Shown in pieces: positions 18,738 to 29,279 of a stretch of DNA of 64,000 nucleotides. Position numbers and translations under genes: made by a program. The notes below the pieces were generated by a model that saw only the letters and a program-made list of their open reading frames with translations, searched no databases and was not told the origin of the DNA. Every line of letters starts with the position of its first letter. The first letter of the stretch is position 1. Source of the stretch: Planctomycetota bacterium (GTDB taxonomy: Bacteria > Planctomycetota > MHYJ01 > WSZJ01); contig JBBTCT010000031.1 of NCBI GenBank assembly GCA_038060895.1, positions 127,145 to 191,144 of the forward strand, read 5' to 3'.

Positions 18738-20738
18738 ATGACCGAGGACCCCCTCAAATATTTCCGCATCGAGGCCCGCGAGCTCTCGCAGGGACTGAGC
18801 CGCGGCACGCTCGAATTGGAGAAGGGCGCGCCCTCCAGGGACGCCGTCCGCGGGCTGCTGCGCCTCGCGCATACGCTCAAGGGGGCCGCGCGCGTCGTCC
18901 GCCAACCGGAAATCGCCGAGCAAGCGCACGCCATCGAAGACACCCTCGCGCCCTTCCGCGAATCGGGCGGACCCGTCCCGCGAACCGCCATCGACCTCCT
19001 CCTCGCATCCCTCGACGCGATCGCCTCGCGCCTGGCCTCCCTCGAGTCTCAGCCCCGGGTCGCTCCCGCCGCCGAGGGACGATTCGAGACCGTCCGCCTC
19101 GAGCTCCGCGAGATGGACCAGCTCTTCGAGTCCGCCGGCGAATCCGCCTCCCACCTGGCGTCCTTGACCGCGCGCCTGGACGGGCTGGAGACAGCATGGG
19201 TCAGGCTGCAACGCACGATCGAGACGGCGTTTCGACGCGATGAAGCGGCTGGCGGGGTCCCCAGGGCGCTGAGGGCGCCGATCGAGGAAGCGCGCGACGC
19301 GGTCGAGCGGGCGCGGCGCGGCGCCGCCGAGGAAGCGGCGGCAAGCGCGGTCGAGCTCCGCGGGCTCCGGGGACAGGTCGACCGGATGCGGCTGGTGCCG
19401 GCCGCGGCGCTCTTCGATTCCCTCGAAAGGGCGGCGCGCGACGCGGCCCGGTCGCTCGGGAAGTCGGTGGAGTTCCGCTCAGCCGGCGGCGACGTGCGAT
19501 TCGAAGCCAATGTCCTGGCGGGTCTGCAGGACATCCTCCTGCACCTCGTCCGCAATGCCGTCGCGCACGGAATCGAAGGGCCCGCGGCAAGAAGCGCGGC
19601 CGGGAAGCGGCCCGAGGGAGTGGTCGAAGTGCGAGTGGTGCGCCGCGGGCACCGCGCGGTTGTTTCCTGCTCGGACGACGGCCGGGGGCTCGACACCGAG
19701 GCCATCAAGCAGGCGGCGGTTCGGCGCGGCGTGGTGAGCGCCGGGCAAGCGGCCGGGATGGGGCCGGAGGAAGTCGTGGCGATGATCATGAGGGGCGGCG
19801 TCACGACGACGGAGCGTCCCGACGGGACGTCCGGGCGCGGCGTCGGGCTCGACGTCGTCGCCGCCGCTGCGGCGCGCCTCAAGGGCGTCGTTCGCGTGCG
19901 GACCGTGCCCCGCCGCGGGACCACTTTCGAGGCCGAAGTGCCGCTCTCCCTCTCGGCCCTGCGCGCGCTCCTGGTCGAGGCCGGCGGACGCGCCGTCGCC
20001 CTTCCTCTCGATTCCGTCCGCGAGGTCGTCCGCCTCGCGCCCGGGAACCGCATCGAAGGAATTTCTGCCGGCCTCGCCGTGCGTCCCCTGGCCGCGCTGC
20101 TCGGCCCCGAGTTGCGTGCGGCCGGCGACTGCCGCTCGGCCGTTCTGGTCGATGCCGGCGCCGGCACCATCGCCCTCGGAGTCGACCGCGTCAACGGAAC
20201 CGAGAGCGTCGTCACGAGACTCGTGCCGCCATGGGCCGGCGCGCCACCCTGGATCGCGGGCGCCTCCATCCCGGAAGCCGGGGACCCGATCCTGCTCCTC
20301 GAGCCCTCCGCGCTCCCCGAGGCGGCCGGCACCGCCGCGCCCGCCCCGCCCGCCGCAAAACCGCCTCCCCTTCTCGTCGTCGACGATTCGCTCACCACGC
20401 GCCGGCTCCAGCAGAGCATCCTCGAATCGGCGGGATACGAAGTCGACCTTGCCGCTTCCGGCGAGGAAGGCATTGAGATGGCGAAGCGACGCCCGTACGG
20501 GCTCTTCCTGGTCGACGTCGAGATGCCCGGGATGAGCGGCTTCGATTTCGTGCGCGTGACGCGGGGAGACGCGGAGCAGGCGCGGGTGCCTGCGATGCTG
20601 GTGACGTCGCGCGGTTCGGCGGAGGACCGGGCGCGCGGGGAGGAAGCGGGGGCGGTGGCGTACATGGTGAAGAGCGACTTCGACCAGGTGGTTCTGCTCC
20701 GCCTGATCGCCCGGCTGCTGGCGGGGAGGCAGCCATGA
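18738..20738 (+). CDS. cheA: Hybrid CheA-REC kinase (WspE-like)
   Basis: HPt AHTLKG, HLVRNAVAHG, DDGRG, SGRGVGLD, CheW domain, C-terminal REC. Confidence 0.92.
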   Translation: MTEDPLKYFRIEARELSQGLSRGTLELEKGAPSRDAVRGLLRLAHTLKGAARVVRQPEIAEQAHAIEDTLAPFRESGGPVPRTAIDLLLASLDAIASRLASLESQPRVAPAAEGRFETVRLELREMDQLFESAGESASHLASLTARLDGLETAWVRLQRTIETAFRRDEAAGGVPRALRAPIEEARDAVERARRGAAEEAAASAVELRGLRGQVDRMRLVPAAALFDSLERAARDAARSLGKSVEFRSAGGDVRFEANVLAGLQDILLHLVRNAVAHGIEGPAARSAAGKRPEGVVEVRVVRRGHRAVVSCSDDGRGLDTEAIKQAAVRRGVVSAGQAAGMGPEEVVAMIMRGGVTTTERPDGTSGRGVGLDVVAAAAARLKGVVRVRTVPRRGTTFEAEVPLSLSALRALLVEAGGRAVALPLDSVREVVRLAPGNRIEGISAGLAVRPLAALLGPELRAAGDCRSAVLVDAGAGTIALGVDRVNGTESVVTRLVPPWAGAPPWIAGASIPEAGDPILLLEPSALPEAAGTAAPAPPAAKPPPLLVVDDSLTTRRLQQSILESAGYEVDLAASGEEGIEMAKRRPYGLFLVDVEMPGMSGFDFVRVTRGDAEQARVPAMLVTSRGSAEDRARGEEAGAVAYMVKSDFDQVVLLRLIARLLAGRQP

Positions 20739-21808
20739 CGACGCGCGTGCTCGTCGTGGAGGACTCCCTCACCGTCCGGCGGAAGCTGGTTGAAACGCTG
20801 GCGGCGGACCAGGAATTCGAGGTCGTGGGGGAAGCGGAGGACGGGGCGGGCGCAATCGAGCAGTGCCAGCGGCTGCGGCCGGACGTGGTGACGATGGACA
20901 TGATGCTGCCGGTGATGACGGGTCTCGCGGCGACGGAGTACATCATGGCCTACTGCCCGACGCCGATCCTGATCGTGTCGGCCTCAACAAACCGCGGTGA
21001 AGTCTTCAGGACATACGAAGCGCTTGCGGCGGGAGCGGTCGACGTGCTCGAGAAGCCGACCGGCGAAGAGCCGGAGGGCGCCTGGGAGAGGAATTTCCTT
21101 ACGACGCTCCGGATCGTCGCGAAAATCCGGGTCATCACGCATCCCCGTGCGCGGATCACCGGCCGGCGTGGCGGAGCGCCCCTTCCCTTGGCGCCCGCCG
21201 CCGGCGCCCCCGGACCGGCCCTGCGCGCGGTCTTCATCGGCGCCTCGACCGGCGGGACCGCCGCCTCCCTCGAAATCCTCCGCGCCCTGCCGGCCGCCTT
21301 CCCGCTACCGGTTCTCCTCGTCATTCACATCGGCCAGGCATTCGCGCGATCCCTCTCCGAATGGCTCGACGGCCTTTCGCCGCTTCGCGTCCGCCACGCC
21401 GTGGACGGCGAGTCCATTCCCTCGCCGGGTGCCGGCTGCGTCCTCATGCCGCCTCCCGACCGGCACCTGGCCGTCTCCGAGGGACGGGTCAGGATCCACT
21501 CCGGCCCCGAGCGCCATTCCTGCAGGCCCTCCGTCGACGTTCTTTTCGAATCTGCGGCGAGGGAGCTCGGAAGCGCCGCCGTGGGAGTCCTGTTGACCGG
21601 CATGGGCCGCGACGGCGCTGACGGCCTGCTCGCGCTTCGCCGCGCCGGCGCTCCGACGATCGCGCAGGACGAGGAGTCGTGCGTCGTGTTCGGAATGCCG
21701 CGGGAGGCGATCCAGCTGGACGCCGCCGAGCGAGTGCTGCCGCTGGGCCTCATCGGCCCGGCGCTGACCGACCTGGCCGCGACCCGCGGCGCGGGAGGGC
21801 GCGCATGA
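20735..21808 (+). CDS. cheB: CheB methylesterase
   Basis: REC domain plus GASTGG, RPSVDVLF, LTGMGRDG, VVFGMP. Confidence 0.93.
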   Translation: MTTRVLVVEDSLTVRRKLVETLAADQEFEVVGEAEDGAGAIEQCQRLRPDVVTMDMMLPVMTGLAATEYIMAYCPTPILIVSASTNRGEVFRTYEALAAGAVDVLEKPTGEEPEGAWERNFLTTLRIVAKIRVITHPRARITGRRGGAPLPLAPAAGAPGPALRAVFIGASTGGTAASLEILRALPAAFPLPVLLVIHIGQAFARSLSEWLDGLSPLRVRHAVDGESIPSPGAGCVLMPPPDRHLAVSEGRVRIHSGPERHSCRPSVDVLFESAARELGSAAVGVLLTGMGRDGADGLLALRRAGAPTIAQDEESCVVFGMPREAIQLDAAERVLPLGLIGPALTDLAATRGAGGRA

Positions 21809-23772
21809 AGCGGCGTGTCCTGGTGGTCGACGACAGCTTGACGATCCGCGGGGATCTCGAGGAGACCCTGACGGGGGCCGGGTTCGAAGTGACGGCAGTG
21901 GGGACGCTGGCCGAGGCGCGGCGTTGCCTGGCCATCGGCGGGAACGACCTCGTCGTGCTGGATGTGCTGCTCCCCGACGGCGACGGAGTTGACTTCCTCG
22001 GCGAGATTCGGGCTCTTCCGGGAGCGCCGGTCCCGGTGATCCTCCTCTCGACGGAAGCGGAAGTGAAGGACCGGATCCGCGGCCTGCGAACCGGGGCCGA
22101 CGACTACGTGGGAAAGCCGTACGACCGCGACTGGCTCGTGTCCCGGGCGCGCGAGTTGACGAGGGGCCCCCTGGAGAAGACGCCGTCTCCGCTGGTGCTC
22201 GTCATCGACGACAGCCCGACCGTGCTGGAAGGGCTGCGCGCCACGCTGACGGAGGCGGGGTACGAAGTCACGACCGCGGAAACCGGCGAGGCCGGGCTGC
22301 GGCTCGCTTCCGATGCGCGGCCGACCGCCGTCATCGTCGATTCGGGACTTCCCGGGATCGACGGCGCGACCGTGATCCGGCGAATGCGCCAGGACGCGGC
22401 ACTCCGGCGACTCCCGGTGATGCTCCTCACGGCTTCCGAGGGTCAGGGATTCGAAGTGACGGCCCTCGATGCGGGGGCCGACGCCTACGTCCGCAAGGAG
22501 GACGGCATGCCGGTCGTCCTCGCGAAGCTCGGCGCGATGTTGCGCGCTTCCGGCGCACCCGCCGATATGTCGGAACCGGCGTCCCTCGGGTCGCCGAAGC
22601 GTGTCCTTGCCGTCGACGACAGCGAAACCTACCTGCAGGTGCTGGCCGAACGGCTTCGGAGCGAGGGGTACGAAGTCGCGCTCGCGCGGTCGGGGGCGGC
22701 GGCGCTTGAGCTCCTCGAAGTCCAGCCCGTCGACTGCGTGCTGCTCGACATGCTCATGCCGGAGATGTCGGGCACGGAGGCGTGCCGCGCGATCAAGAAG
22801 AACCCGGCGTGGCGCGACATCCCGCTGATCATGCTGACGGCGCTCGACGAGCGGGAAGCGATGATTGAGGGGATCAACGCCGGGGCGGACGACTACATCA
22901 CGAAGACCGCGGATTTCGAGGTGCTGCGAGCGCGGCTCCGCGCCCAGCTCCGGCGAAAGCAGTTCGAGGACGAGAACCGGCACATCCGGGAGGAACTCGG
23001 GCGGCGCGAGAAGGAGGCCGCGGAGGAGCGGGCGGCGCGGGCGCTGGCCGAAACCCGCGCGGCCCTCATGGCGGAGCTGGAAAACAAGAATCAGGAGTTG
23101 GAAGCGTTCTCCTACTCCGTCTCCCACGACCTGCGGGCTCCCCTGCGCGCCATCGACGGATTTTGCGCCGCGCTTCAGGAGGACTGCTCGGACCGGCTTG
23201 ACGACGCCGGCAAAGGCTACCTCGCCCGCGTCCGAAAGGCCGCAGGCCGCATGGGCCGCCTGATCGACGATCTCCTCGCCTTCTCGCGAGTCGGCCGCTT
23301 CGGGATGTGTCTCTCTTCGGTCGACATGGAGGGCCTCGCGCGGGCCTCCGTCGTCGAACTGCGTGAACAGAACCCGTCGTCCGCCCTCGAGTTTTCCGTC
23401 GGCAGCCTCCAACGCGTGAACGGCGATTCCTCGCTCCTCACGCAGGTGTTCCAGAACCTCCTCGCCAACGCCGTCAAATACTCTTCAGGCCGCAGTCCAG
23501 CCCGCATCGGCGTCACCTGCGAAGACAAGCCCGATGAAGCCGTGTTCTCCGTCCGGGATAACGGGGTCGGCTTTGACCCGCAGTACGCCCACAAACTTTT
23601 CGGCGTCTTCCAGCGCCTCCACCGCTCCGACGAATTCGAAGGAACCGGCGTCGGACTGGCACTTGTGAAGCGCATCGTCGAGCGCCACGGCGGCCGCGTC
23701 TGGGCCGAAGGCGCCCCCGGGGACGGCGCGGCGTTTCACTTCTCCATCCCGAAGAAAGCGGCCCACCCATGA
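21805..23772 (+). CDS. Triple-REC hybrid histidine kinase
   Basis: Three receiver domains, then [26 protein letters not shown]. Confidence 0.9.
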   Translation: MKRRVLVVDDSLTIRGDLEETLTGAGFEVTAVGTLAEARRCLAIGGNDLVVLDVLLPDGDGVDFLGEIRALPGAPVPVILLSTEAEVKDRIRGLRTGADDYVGKPYDRDWLVSRARELTRGPLEKTPSPLVLVIDDSPTVLEGLRATLTEAGYEVTTAETGEAGLRLASDARPTAVIVDSGLPGIDGATVIRRMRQDAALRRLPVMLLTASEGQGFEVTALDAGADAYVRKEDGMPVVLAKLGAMLRASGAPADMSEPASLGSPKRVLAVDDSETYLQVLAERLRSEGYEVALARSGAAALELLEVQPVDCVLLDMLMPEMSGTEACRAIKKNPAWRDIPLIMLTALDEREAMIEGINAGADDYITKTADFEVLRARLRAQLRRKQFEDENRHIREELGRREKEAAEERAARALAETRAALMAELENKNQELEAFSYSVSHDLRAPLRAIDGFCAALQEDCSDRLDDAGKGYLARVRKAAGRMGRLIDDLLAFSRVGRFGMCLSSVDMEGLARASVVELREQNPSSALEFSVGSLQRVNGDSSLLTQVFQNLLANAVKYSSGRSPARIGVTCEDKPDEAVFSVRDNGVGFDPQYAHKLFGVFQRLHRSDEFEGTGVGLALVKRIVERHGGRVWAEGAPGDGAAFHFSIPKKAAHP

Positions 23773-24194
23773 CCAGCGGAATCGTCGACGTCCTCCTCGT
23801 CGAAGACAACCCGGATGATGCCGAACTCACCATCCGTACTCTTCGCAAGCACCACCTCGCGAACGCCCTTCACCACGTCTGCGACGGCGAAGAAGCGCTC
23901 CGGTACCTGACAGGACCGGAGGCACACTCGCCGCTTCCCGGGCTCGTGATCCTCGATCTGAAGCTCCCGAAGGTGGACGGTTTCGATGTTCTGCGGGCGC
24001 TTCGCGCCGACCCGCGCACGAAGTCCATCCCTGTCGTCGTAATGACCTCCTCCCGGGAGGACAAGGACCTGGCGAAGTGTTACGAGTTGGGAACCAACAG
24101 CTACGTCGTGAAACCGATCGAGTTCGGGGAATTCGCCGAGGCCGTGGCGCGCCTCGGTCTCTACTGGATGCTCACCAACTCCGTTCCGAGGTAA
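23769..24194 (+). CDS. Single-domain response regulator (Rcp1-like)
   Basis: VEDNPDD, LDLKLPK, TSS, YVVKP. Confidence 0.9.
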   Translation: MTSGIVDVLLVEDNPDDAELTIRTLRKHHLANALHHVCDGEEALRYLTGPEAHSPLPGLVILDLKLPKVDGFDVLRALRADPRTKSIPVVVMTSSREDKDLAKCYELGTNSYVVKPIEFGEFAEAVARLGLYWMLTNSVPR

Positions 24195-24200
24195 CCGGCC

Positions 24201-25772
24201 ATGAAACCCGACGAGAAGCAGCGCCCCCTCCGAATCCTCGTCCTCGAGGACGAGCAGGACGATTTCGACCTGTTGATCCGCCAGCTCGAGCGGGAAGGTC
24301 TCCAGTTCCAGCACCTGCGCGTGCAGACCGAGCCGGATTTCACGCGGGAGCTCAAGGACTTCGGCCCGGACGTGGTGATCTCGGACTTTCACATGCCCCA
24401 CTTCGACGGCCTGTCGGCGCTTCGCATTCACCTGAAATCGCGCGCGGACACCCCGTTTCTGTTCGTCTCAGGGACGATCGGAGAGGAAACGGCGGTGGAG
24501 GCGCTGAAGCAAGGGGCGACGGACTATCTCCTGAAAGGTCACCTTTTGAGGCTCGGGCAGGCGGTGCGCCGGGCGGTGGAGGAGGCGCGGGCGAACGCCG
24601 AGCGGCGGCGTCTTGAGCTGGAGCTCTTCCATTCCCAGAAAATGGAAGCCATCGGCCGGTTGGCGGGCGGCGTGGCGCACGACTTCAATAACCTGCTCAC
24701 GGCGATCCTCGGGTACTCCGAACTCCTGGCAAACGGGTTGAAACCCGGGGATCCGATGCTCGAGGGGCTCACCGAAATCCGGAACGCAGGGCGGCGCGCG
24801 GCGGAGCTCACGCGGCAGCTCCTGGCGTTCGGGCGCAAGCAGGTGCTCTCTCCGCGGGTGACGGACGTGAACGAAGTCCTGACCGGCCTTCTCAGGCTCA
24901 TGGCGCGCCTGATCGGGGAGGACATCGACTTGAAGACCCAGTTTGAACCCCGCCTGAAAAGCGTTTTCGTCGATCCCGGCCAGCTCGAGCAGGTCGTCAT
25001 GAACCTCGTCGTCAATTCCCGCGACGCAATGCCCCGGGGCGGCACGATCATTCTCGGCACGCGCATGGCTTCCCCGGACGCGCGCGTCCTCGCCGCGAGC
25101 GAAGGCGCCCGCACCGGGCTCCACGTCGTCGTCGAAGTCGTCGACACGGGGAGCGGCATGACCCCGGAGACGATTTCCCGCATGTTCGAGCCGTTCTTCA
25201 CCACGAAGGGCGTCGGCAAAGGGACCGGATTGGGCCTCGCCACCGTCTATGGCATCGTGCACCAGAGCGGCGGATTCATCGATGTCGAGTCCACCCCGGG
25301 CCACGGGACCGTGTTCCGGATTTACTTCCCGCCGGCCCCCTTACCTGCAAGCGCGGCGCCCACGCCGGCCCAGCCCGCGCCCCTCCCCTCCGGCTCCGGA
25401 TGCATTCTGCTGGTCGAGGACGAGGAAACGGTCCGCAGACTTGCAGCCCAGGTTCTTCGTGCGAAAGGCTACAAGGTGATCGAGGCGATCAGCGGCGTCG
25501 CGGCCATGGCTCTTTCACGCGAAAGTCAGACCCTCGATCTCCTGCTCACGGACCTCGTCATGCCAAAAATGGGAGGCTACGAGCTGGCCTCGCTTCTCAG
25601 GAAAGACCGCCCCGAGCTTCGAGTGATCTTCATGTCCGGCTACTCCCCGGACGCCGTTCTCGAAGGATCTCCTCCGGCGCGCGGCGAGACCTTCCTGAGC
25701 AAGCCGTTTTCCCCGCAGGAGCTGGTTCGGTGCGTCCAGGAGAAGCTGAACCCGCAGGAGAAGGCGAAGTAG
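24201..25772 (+). CDS. REC-HisKA-HATPase-REC hybrid kinase (CckA-like)
   Basis: AHDFNNLL, EPFFTTK, GTGLGL; REC at both ends. Confidence 0.9.
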   Translation: MKPDEKQRPLRILVLEDEQDDFDLLIRQLEREGLQFQHLRVQTEPDFTRELKDFGPDVVISDFHMPHFDGLSALRIHLKSRADTPFLFVSGTIGEETAVEALKQGATDYLLKGHLLRLGQAVRRAVEEARANAERRRLELELFHSQKMEAIGRLAGGVAHDFNNLLTAILGYSELLANGLKPGDPMLEGLTEIRNAGRRAAELTRQLLAFGRKQVLSPRVTDVNEVLTGLLRLMARLIGEDIDLKTQFEPRLKSVFVDPGQLEQVVMNLVVNSRDAMPRGGTIILGTRMASPDARVLAASEGARTGLHVVVEVVDTGSGMTPETISRMFEPFFTTKGVGKGTGLGLATVYGIVHQSGGFIDVESTPGHGTVFRIYFPPAPLPASAAPTPAQPAPLPSGSGCILLVEDEETVRRLAAQVLRAKGYKVIEAISGVAAMALSRESQTLDLLLTDLVMPKMGGYELASLLRKDRPELRVIFMSGYSPDAVLEGSPPARGETFLSKPFSPQELVRCVQEKLNPQEKAK

Positions 25773-25905
25773 AAGCGTGCGTCCGGGTGCGTTTTCATTC
25801 GCGGAGTGTGAAATGAAGTCGGGCTCCGGAGTCGAGGGGCGCCGCGCGGCCGCTTGCGCGTGCGCCCCGAGACGCAGGGGCCCGACTTCGTTTCATACTC
25901 CGCGA

Positions 25906-25951
25906 GATGGGCAGACCGGGGGTCGAACCCGGGACTCCTGGATTTTCAATC
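25906..25951 (-). repeat. att site (duplicated 3' part of tRNA-Phe)
   Basis: GATGGGCAGACC...GGATTTTCAATC is identical to 38397-38442. Confidence 0.95.
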
Positions 25952-26075
25952 AAGGGACTTCGCAGCGCAAGAATGCGCGCAAGCGCCAATTGCGACAGGG
26001 ACTTGCGGCGATTGCCCCGTTTCGCAGATTGCCCTTGGCCCCAGCCAAGGCCCCATATCCGCCTCCGAAAGCGCC

Positions 26076-27227
26076 TCATTTCGCAAGCGCCTCCCGAACG
26101 CCGTTCCGCCCGAGCGCCAGCACGTTCCCGAGCTTCTCCACTGCGGACAGCCCGGCCTCCGGCGCGAAGTGCGCGTAGCGCATGGTCATTGCGAGCGTGG
26201 CGTGTCCGAGGATTTTCGACACGTCGAAGATCGGGACTCCGGCGGCGACCATGAGAGAAGCGGCGGTATGCCGGAGAGTGTGAAACGTGACTTTAGGGAG
26301 CTTCTCCGCCGGGATCGCCTTGCGAACCTCTTCGGCGCGGAGCGCCCGGGCGAGCCCCTTTTTCAGCACGGTCTTTGTGATCCGCTTGCCGTTCGCCTGC
26401 CGGAAAACGGGATCGTCGCCCTTGAGAGCGGCGGCGTTGACGGAGCGGGCGGCGTGAAGTGCCGACAACTCCGCGAAGAGGTCCGCCGAAATCTTGATCG
26501 CCCGCCCCTTCCCGCTCTTCGAGTTCTCCGGTTCAACGAAGATCGTCCGCCGGTCGAAATCAACGGAGCGCCACGAAAGCCGGATGCACTCGCCCTGCCT
26601 CATGCCGGTTGAAACTGCCGTCGTCAGCACGGGCCGCATGACGGCATCGGCGGAGGCGACAAGCGCCCGCGCCTCCGTCGCCGCGAGGTACGTTTCCCGT
26701 TCCCTGCCCTTCTCCGAAAACTTCTCAACGTCGCGGATCGGATTCGCGGCGACGTGGCCCATTCTCCGCCCCCACTTGAACAGGGCGGAAGCGGCGTGAA
26801 TGTCCCTGTTGCACGTCGCGACGGAAACGGCTTTCCGTCGCTCTTCGATCCACTTCACAAAGTCCGAAGCGCGCAGGTCGGAGAGGTAGCGTTTCCCGAA
26901 CGGAGCCGCGCAGAGTCCGCGAAGCCGAACAGCGTCAATCGCGCGGGTCGAATCCTTCACGCGGCCCTTGCGGTATTCGAGGAAGAGTCCCGACGCACCC
27001 TCAAACGTGAGGCGGGAAGCGGGAGCGCCGCCGAACGCTTCCGCGCACGCTCTGTCGAGGTCCGCTCCGCCGTCGAGCTTACTGCGGAGCTTGGCAAGGT
27101 TGCTCTTTGCCACGTCCCGCCCAATGCCCGCATACTTTTCGACCGTCACGCCACGCCAGGTAACGCGAGCGTAGAAGCCGGGCCGGTCCCCGCGAGTCTT
27201 GAGAGAGCCGAAGTCGCGCCTACTCAT
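26076..27227 (-). CDS. int: Tyrosine recombinase/integrase
   Basis: GMRQGE, SKSGK, FHTLRH, ILGH and MRYAH catalytic motifs; next to att. Confidence 0.93.
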   Translation of the reverse strand: MSRRDFGSLKTRGDRPGFYARVTWRGVTVEKYAGIGRDVAKSNLAKLRSKLDGGADLDRACAEAFGGAPASRLTFEGASGLFLEYRKGRVKDSTRAIDAVRLRGLCAAPFGKRYLSDLRASDFVKWIEERRKAVSVATCNRDIHAASALFKWGRRMGHVAANPIRDVEKFSEKGRERETYLAATEARALVASADAVMRPVLTTAVSTGMRQGECIRLSWRSVDFDRRTIFVEPENSKSGKGRAIKISADLFAELSALHAARSVNAAALKGDDPVFRQANGKRITKTVLKKGLARALRAEEVRKAIPAEKLPKVTFHTLRHTAASLMVAAGVPIFDVSKILGHATLAMTMRYAHFAPEAGLSAVEKLGNVLALGRNGVREALAK

Positions 27228-27411
27228 GCTTGCCTCCCTTCTTCGAGTTCCTCGCGGCAACGGCGTCTTCCAAAAGGACGCGGGCGAGGTCGGACAGGTT
27301 GCGCCGGTCGGACTCTGCAAGCGCCTTCAAGGTCGCGTGCAGTTCCGGCGTCAGGCGAACGAAGAGCATCGAGGTCTTCAAGGCTTTCCCCTTTCGCGTT
27401 GGTTGTCTCAT
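27220..27411 (-). CDS. Ribbon-helix-helix (Arc-like) DNA-binding protein
   Basis: LFVRLTPELHATLKALAESDRRNLSDLARVLLE; overlaps the int start. Confidence 0.7.
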   Translation of the reverse strand: MRQPTRKGKALKTSMLFVRLTPELHATLKALAESDRRNLSDLARVLLEDAVAARNSKKGGKHE

Positions 27412-27418
27412 GCGGGGA

Positions 27419-27448
27419 ATCTTACTGTACGGTGTCAGACATTGTCAA
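27419..27448 (-). promoter_or_regulatory. sigma70-like promoter for RHH-int with TGTC-A-GACA palindrome
   Basis: Minus strand TTGACA-N18-TAAGAT; palindrome lies in the spacer. Confidence 0.55.
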
Positions 27449-28153
27449 GTACAATCCGACAGTCTGGGGAGGAAGTGATATCACTCGCTCGGCGACGGGT
27501 TCCCCGCGAAAGCCGTGCGCGCGTCGGGTTCGCGCGAGCCGGGCCGGGCCGGGAAGCGAGGCCGGAGAGAGCGAAGCGAGTCGATTTGCCCCATTCCGTG
27601 CGGGGAGGGACCCGCGTACCGAAATCGTTAAGCCCGACCATCGCTCGCGCGGGGGCATGGAGAAAGTGAAGCGGGCGATCCGGTGCGCGTCCCCTGCCGC
27701 ACTAGTCCGGGCCGCCCGCTCCGCGAGAAACGGTAGCACGGCGTGGGGGGAGGAGAGCAAGGGGACCGGGGTAGGTCAGGTGGAACCTCGCTCGAATGGA
27801 ACCGCGCCTGTCCTGTATGTCCCCGCGAATCGAGTTTCCCCCGACGAAAACAAAACCCCGGTCGGATCGCTTCGATACGTCCAATGGTTCGGATCAGGGT
27901 ATGGCAGGGAGGGAAGGCAACCCGACCGGGACCGCGAGTTTACGAAGGTCGGGGCGAAGGGCAAGAAGGCGGAGGGGCCGGGGAGAGATGTGCGGTCATC
28001 AGGTCCATTCGCCCTGAGTTTGGTTCCATCCGCGAGGAATCGTTCCGCCGAGCGCGGTCGATCAGGTCCATTTCCTTTCGCGTTGGGAGTCCCGCGTCCC
28101 ATACGATCCAGTCGTTCCTCATCCTCTCGCCCCTAAAGCTTGGAGCCTAGACC

Positions 28154-28579
28154 ATGCGAGTTGCTTTCGCTCACTTCGCCGACTTCGTGAACATTACCCA
28201 CGATGGAAAGTTGAACGTCCTCGGCATCTTCGAGGCTGTTCGGGCAACGCATGTGCCTGCCTCGATTCCGTCGCTGGCACTGGTCTTCCGGGTAGAAGCT
28301 GAGGCGCACGAACTCGGTCGAGACTTGACGATTCTCGTCGATGTCCAGACTCCGAAGGGCGTCTCTATCCCCGTAATCAACGCTCCGTTCCGTGTCGAGA
28401 GACTCGTTCCCGACGATCCCGGCCCAACGTTTTCGACAAACGTGACGGTGACGCTTCAGAACCTCGTTCTTGAGTCCTTCGGACGGTACGAGTTCCGCCT
28501 CCTTCACTTCCAAGTGGTCCTTCATTCACTCGCGCTAACGGTTTTGCCGATTCCTCTGGCGAAGTCCAAGGCGAAGTAG
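28154..28579 (+). CDS. Beta-rich hypothetical protein (DUF6941-like)
   Basis: AHFADFVNITHDGKLNVLGIFE..FGRYEFRL pattern; first gene of the hicAB operon. Confidence 0.6.
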   Translation: MRVAFAHFADFVNITHDGKLNVLGIFEAVRATHVPASIPSLALVFRVEAEAHELGRDLTILVDVQTPKGVSIPVINAPFRVERLVPDDPGPTFSTNVTVTLQNLVLESFGRYEFRLLHFQVVLHSLALTVLPIPLAKSKAK

Positions 28580-28583
28580 CCGC

Positions 28584-28838
28584 ATGGCCAGTGCCGCGGA
28601 GAAGCTGTTGGAGAGAATGCGTGCCACCAAGTTCGGGTGGCAGCCGAAGGATTTTGAGACATTGTTCTCCGGGCACGGTTACGACTCGACCGAAGGAAAG
28701 AAGCACACGACCTACACGCATCCCAGACATTCAGACCTCACGATGCAGATTCCAAGACACCGTGACTTGAAACCGTGCTATGCGAGGGTATCGGTTAGAA
28801 TCATCGACGAGCTTTCTAAACGGGAGGCCCCGAAGTAA
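28584..28838 (+). CDS. hicA: HicA-family toxin
   Basis: EGKKHTTYTHP..IPRHRDLKPCY, 84 aa. Confidence 0.75.
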   Translation: MASAAEKLLERMRATKFGWQPKDFETLFSGHGYDSTEGKKHTTYTHPRHSDLTMQIPRHRDLKPCYARVSVRIIDELSKREAPK

Positions 28839-29201
28839 ATGGCGAAGCGAAGCGTGCTGGAAGGCGGATACCTCGTTCGGTCCGAAATCACCACGGACAC
28901 GGACGAGAGTGGCGCTCTGTACTTCGTCGCCAAGGCAATCGACCTGCCCGGGTGCATCAGCGACGGAACTACCGAGTCCGAGGCTCTACGAAATCTGTTT
29001 GATGCAGCGGCGGACTATATCCGCGCTCTGGAATCGAAGGGACTCCCGATCCCGAAGGCTCCCAACCTGGCCGTCAAGTTCGACTCTGTCGTAGCGAAGG
29101 ATTCGGCGTTCGCAATGAGCAAATTGTGCGGGGCGCTCTCCAAGCCTGCACGAGTGGCCTTCACTGACATTCCCGCCAAGCGCGACTTGGTGCTTTCCTA
29201 G
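28839..29201 (+). CDS. hicB: HicB-family antitoxin with a non-canonical tail
   Basis: DLPGCISDGTTESEALRNLFDA..GLPIPK. Confidence 0.8.
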   Translation: MAKRSVLEGGYLVRSEITTDTDESGALYFVAKAIDLPGCISDGTTESEALRNLFDAAADYIRALESKGLPIPKAPNLAVKFDSVVAKDSAFAMSKLCGALSKPARVAFTDIPAKRDLVLS

Positions 29202-29279
29202 GCAAACGGCTCATTCGACGGCGCGTTCTCGGGGCTCATGGCGGCGACTTTATGTTTCCCGATTGCGCACGACCGCTCG

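Noticed and set aside
25906-25951. Second tRNA-Phe
   Set aside because: Only the 3' part is present; it is the att duplication
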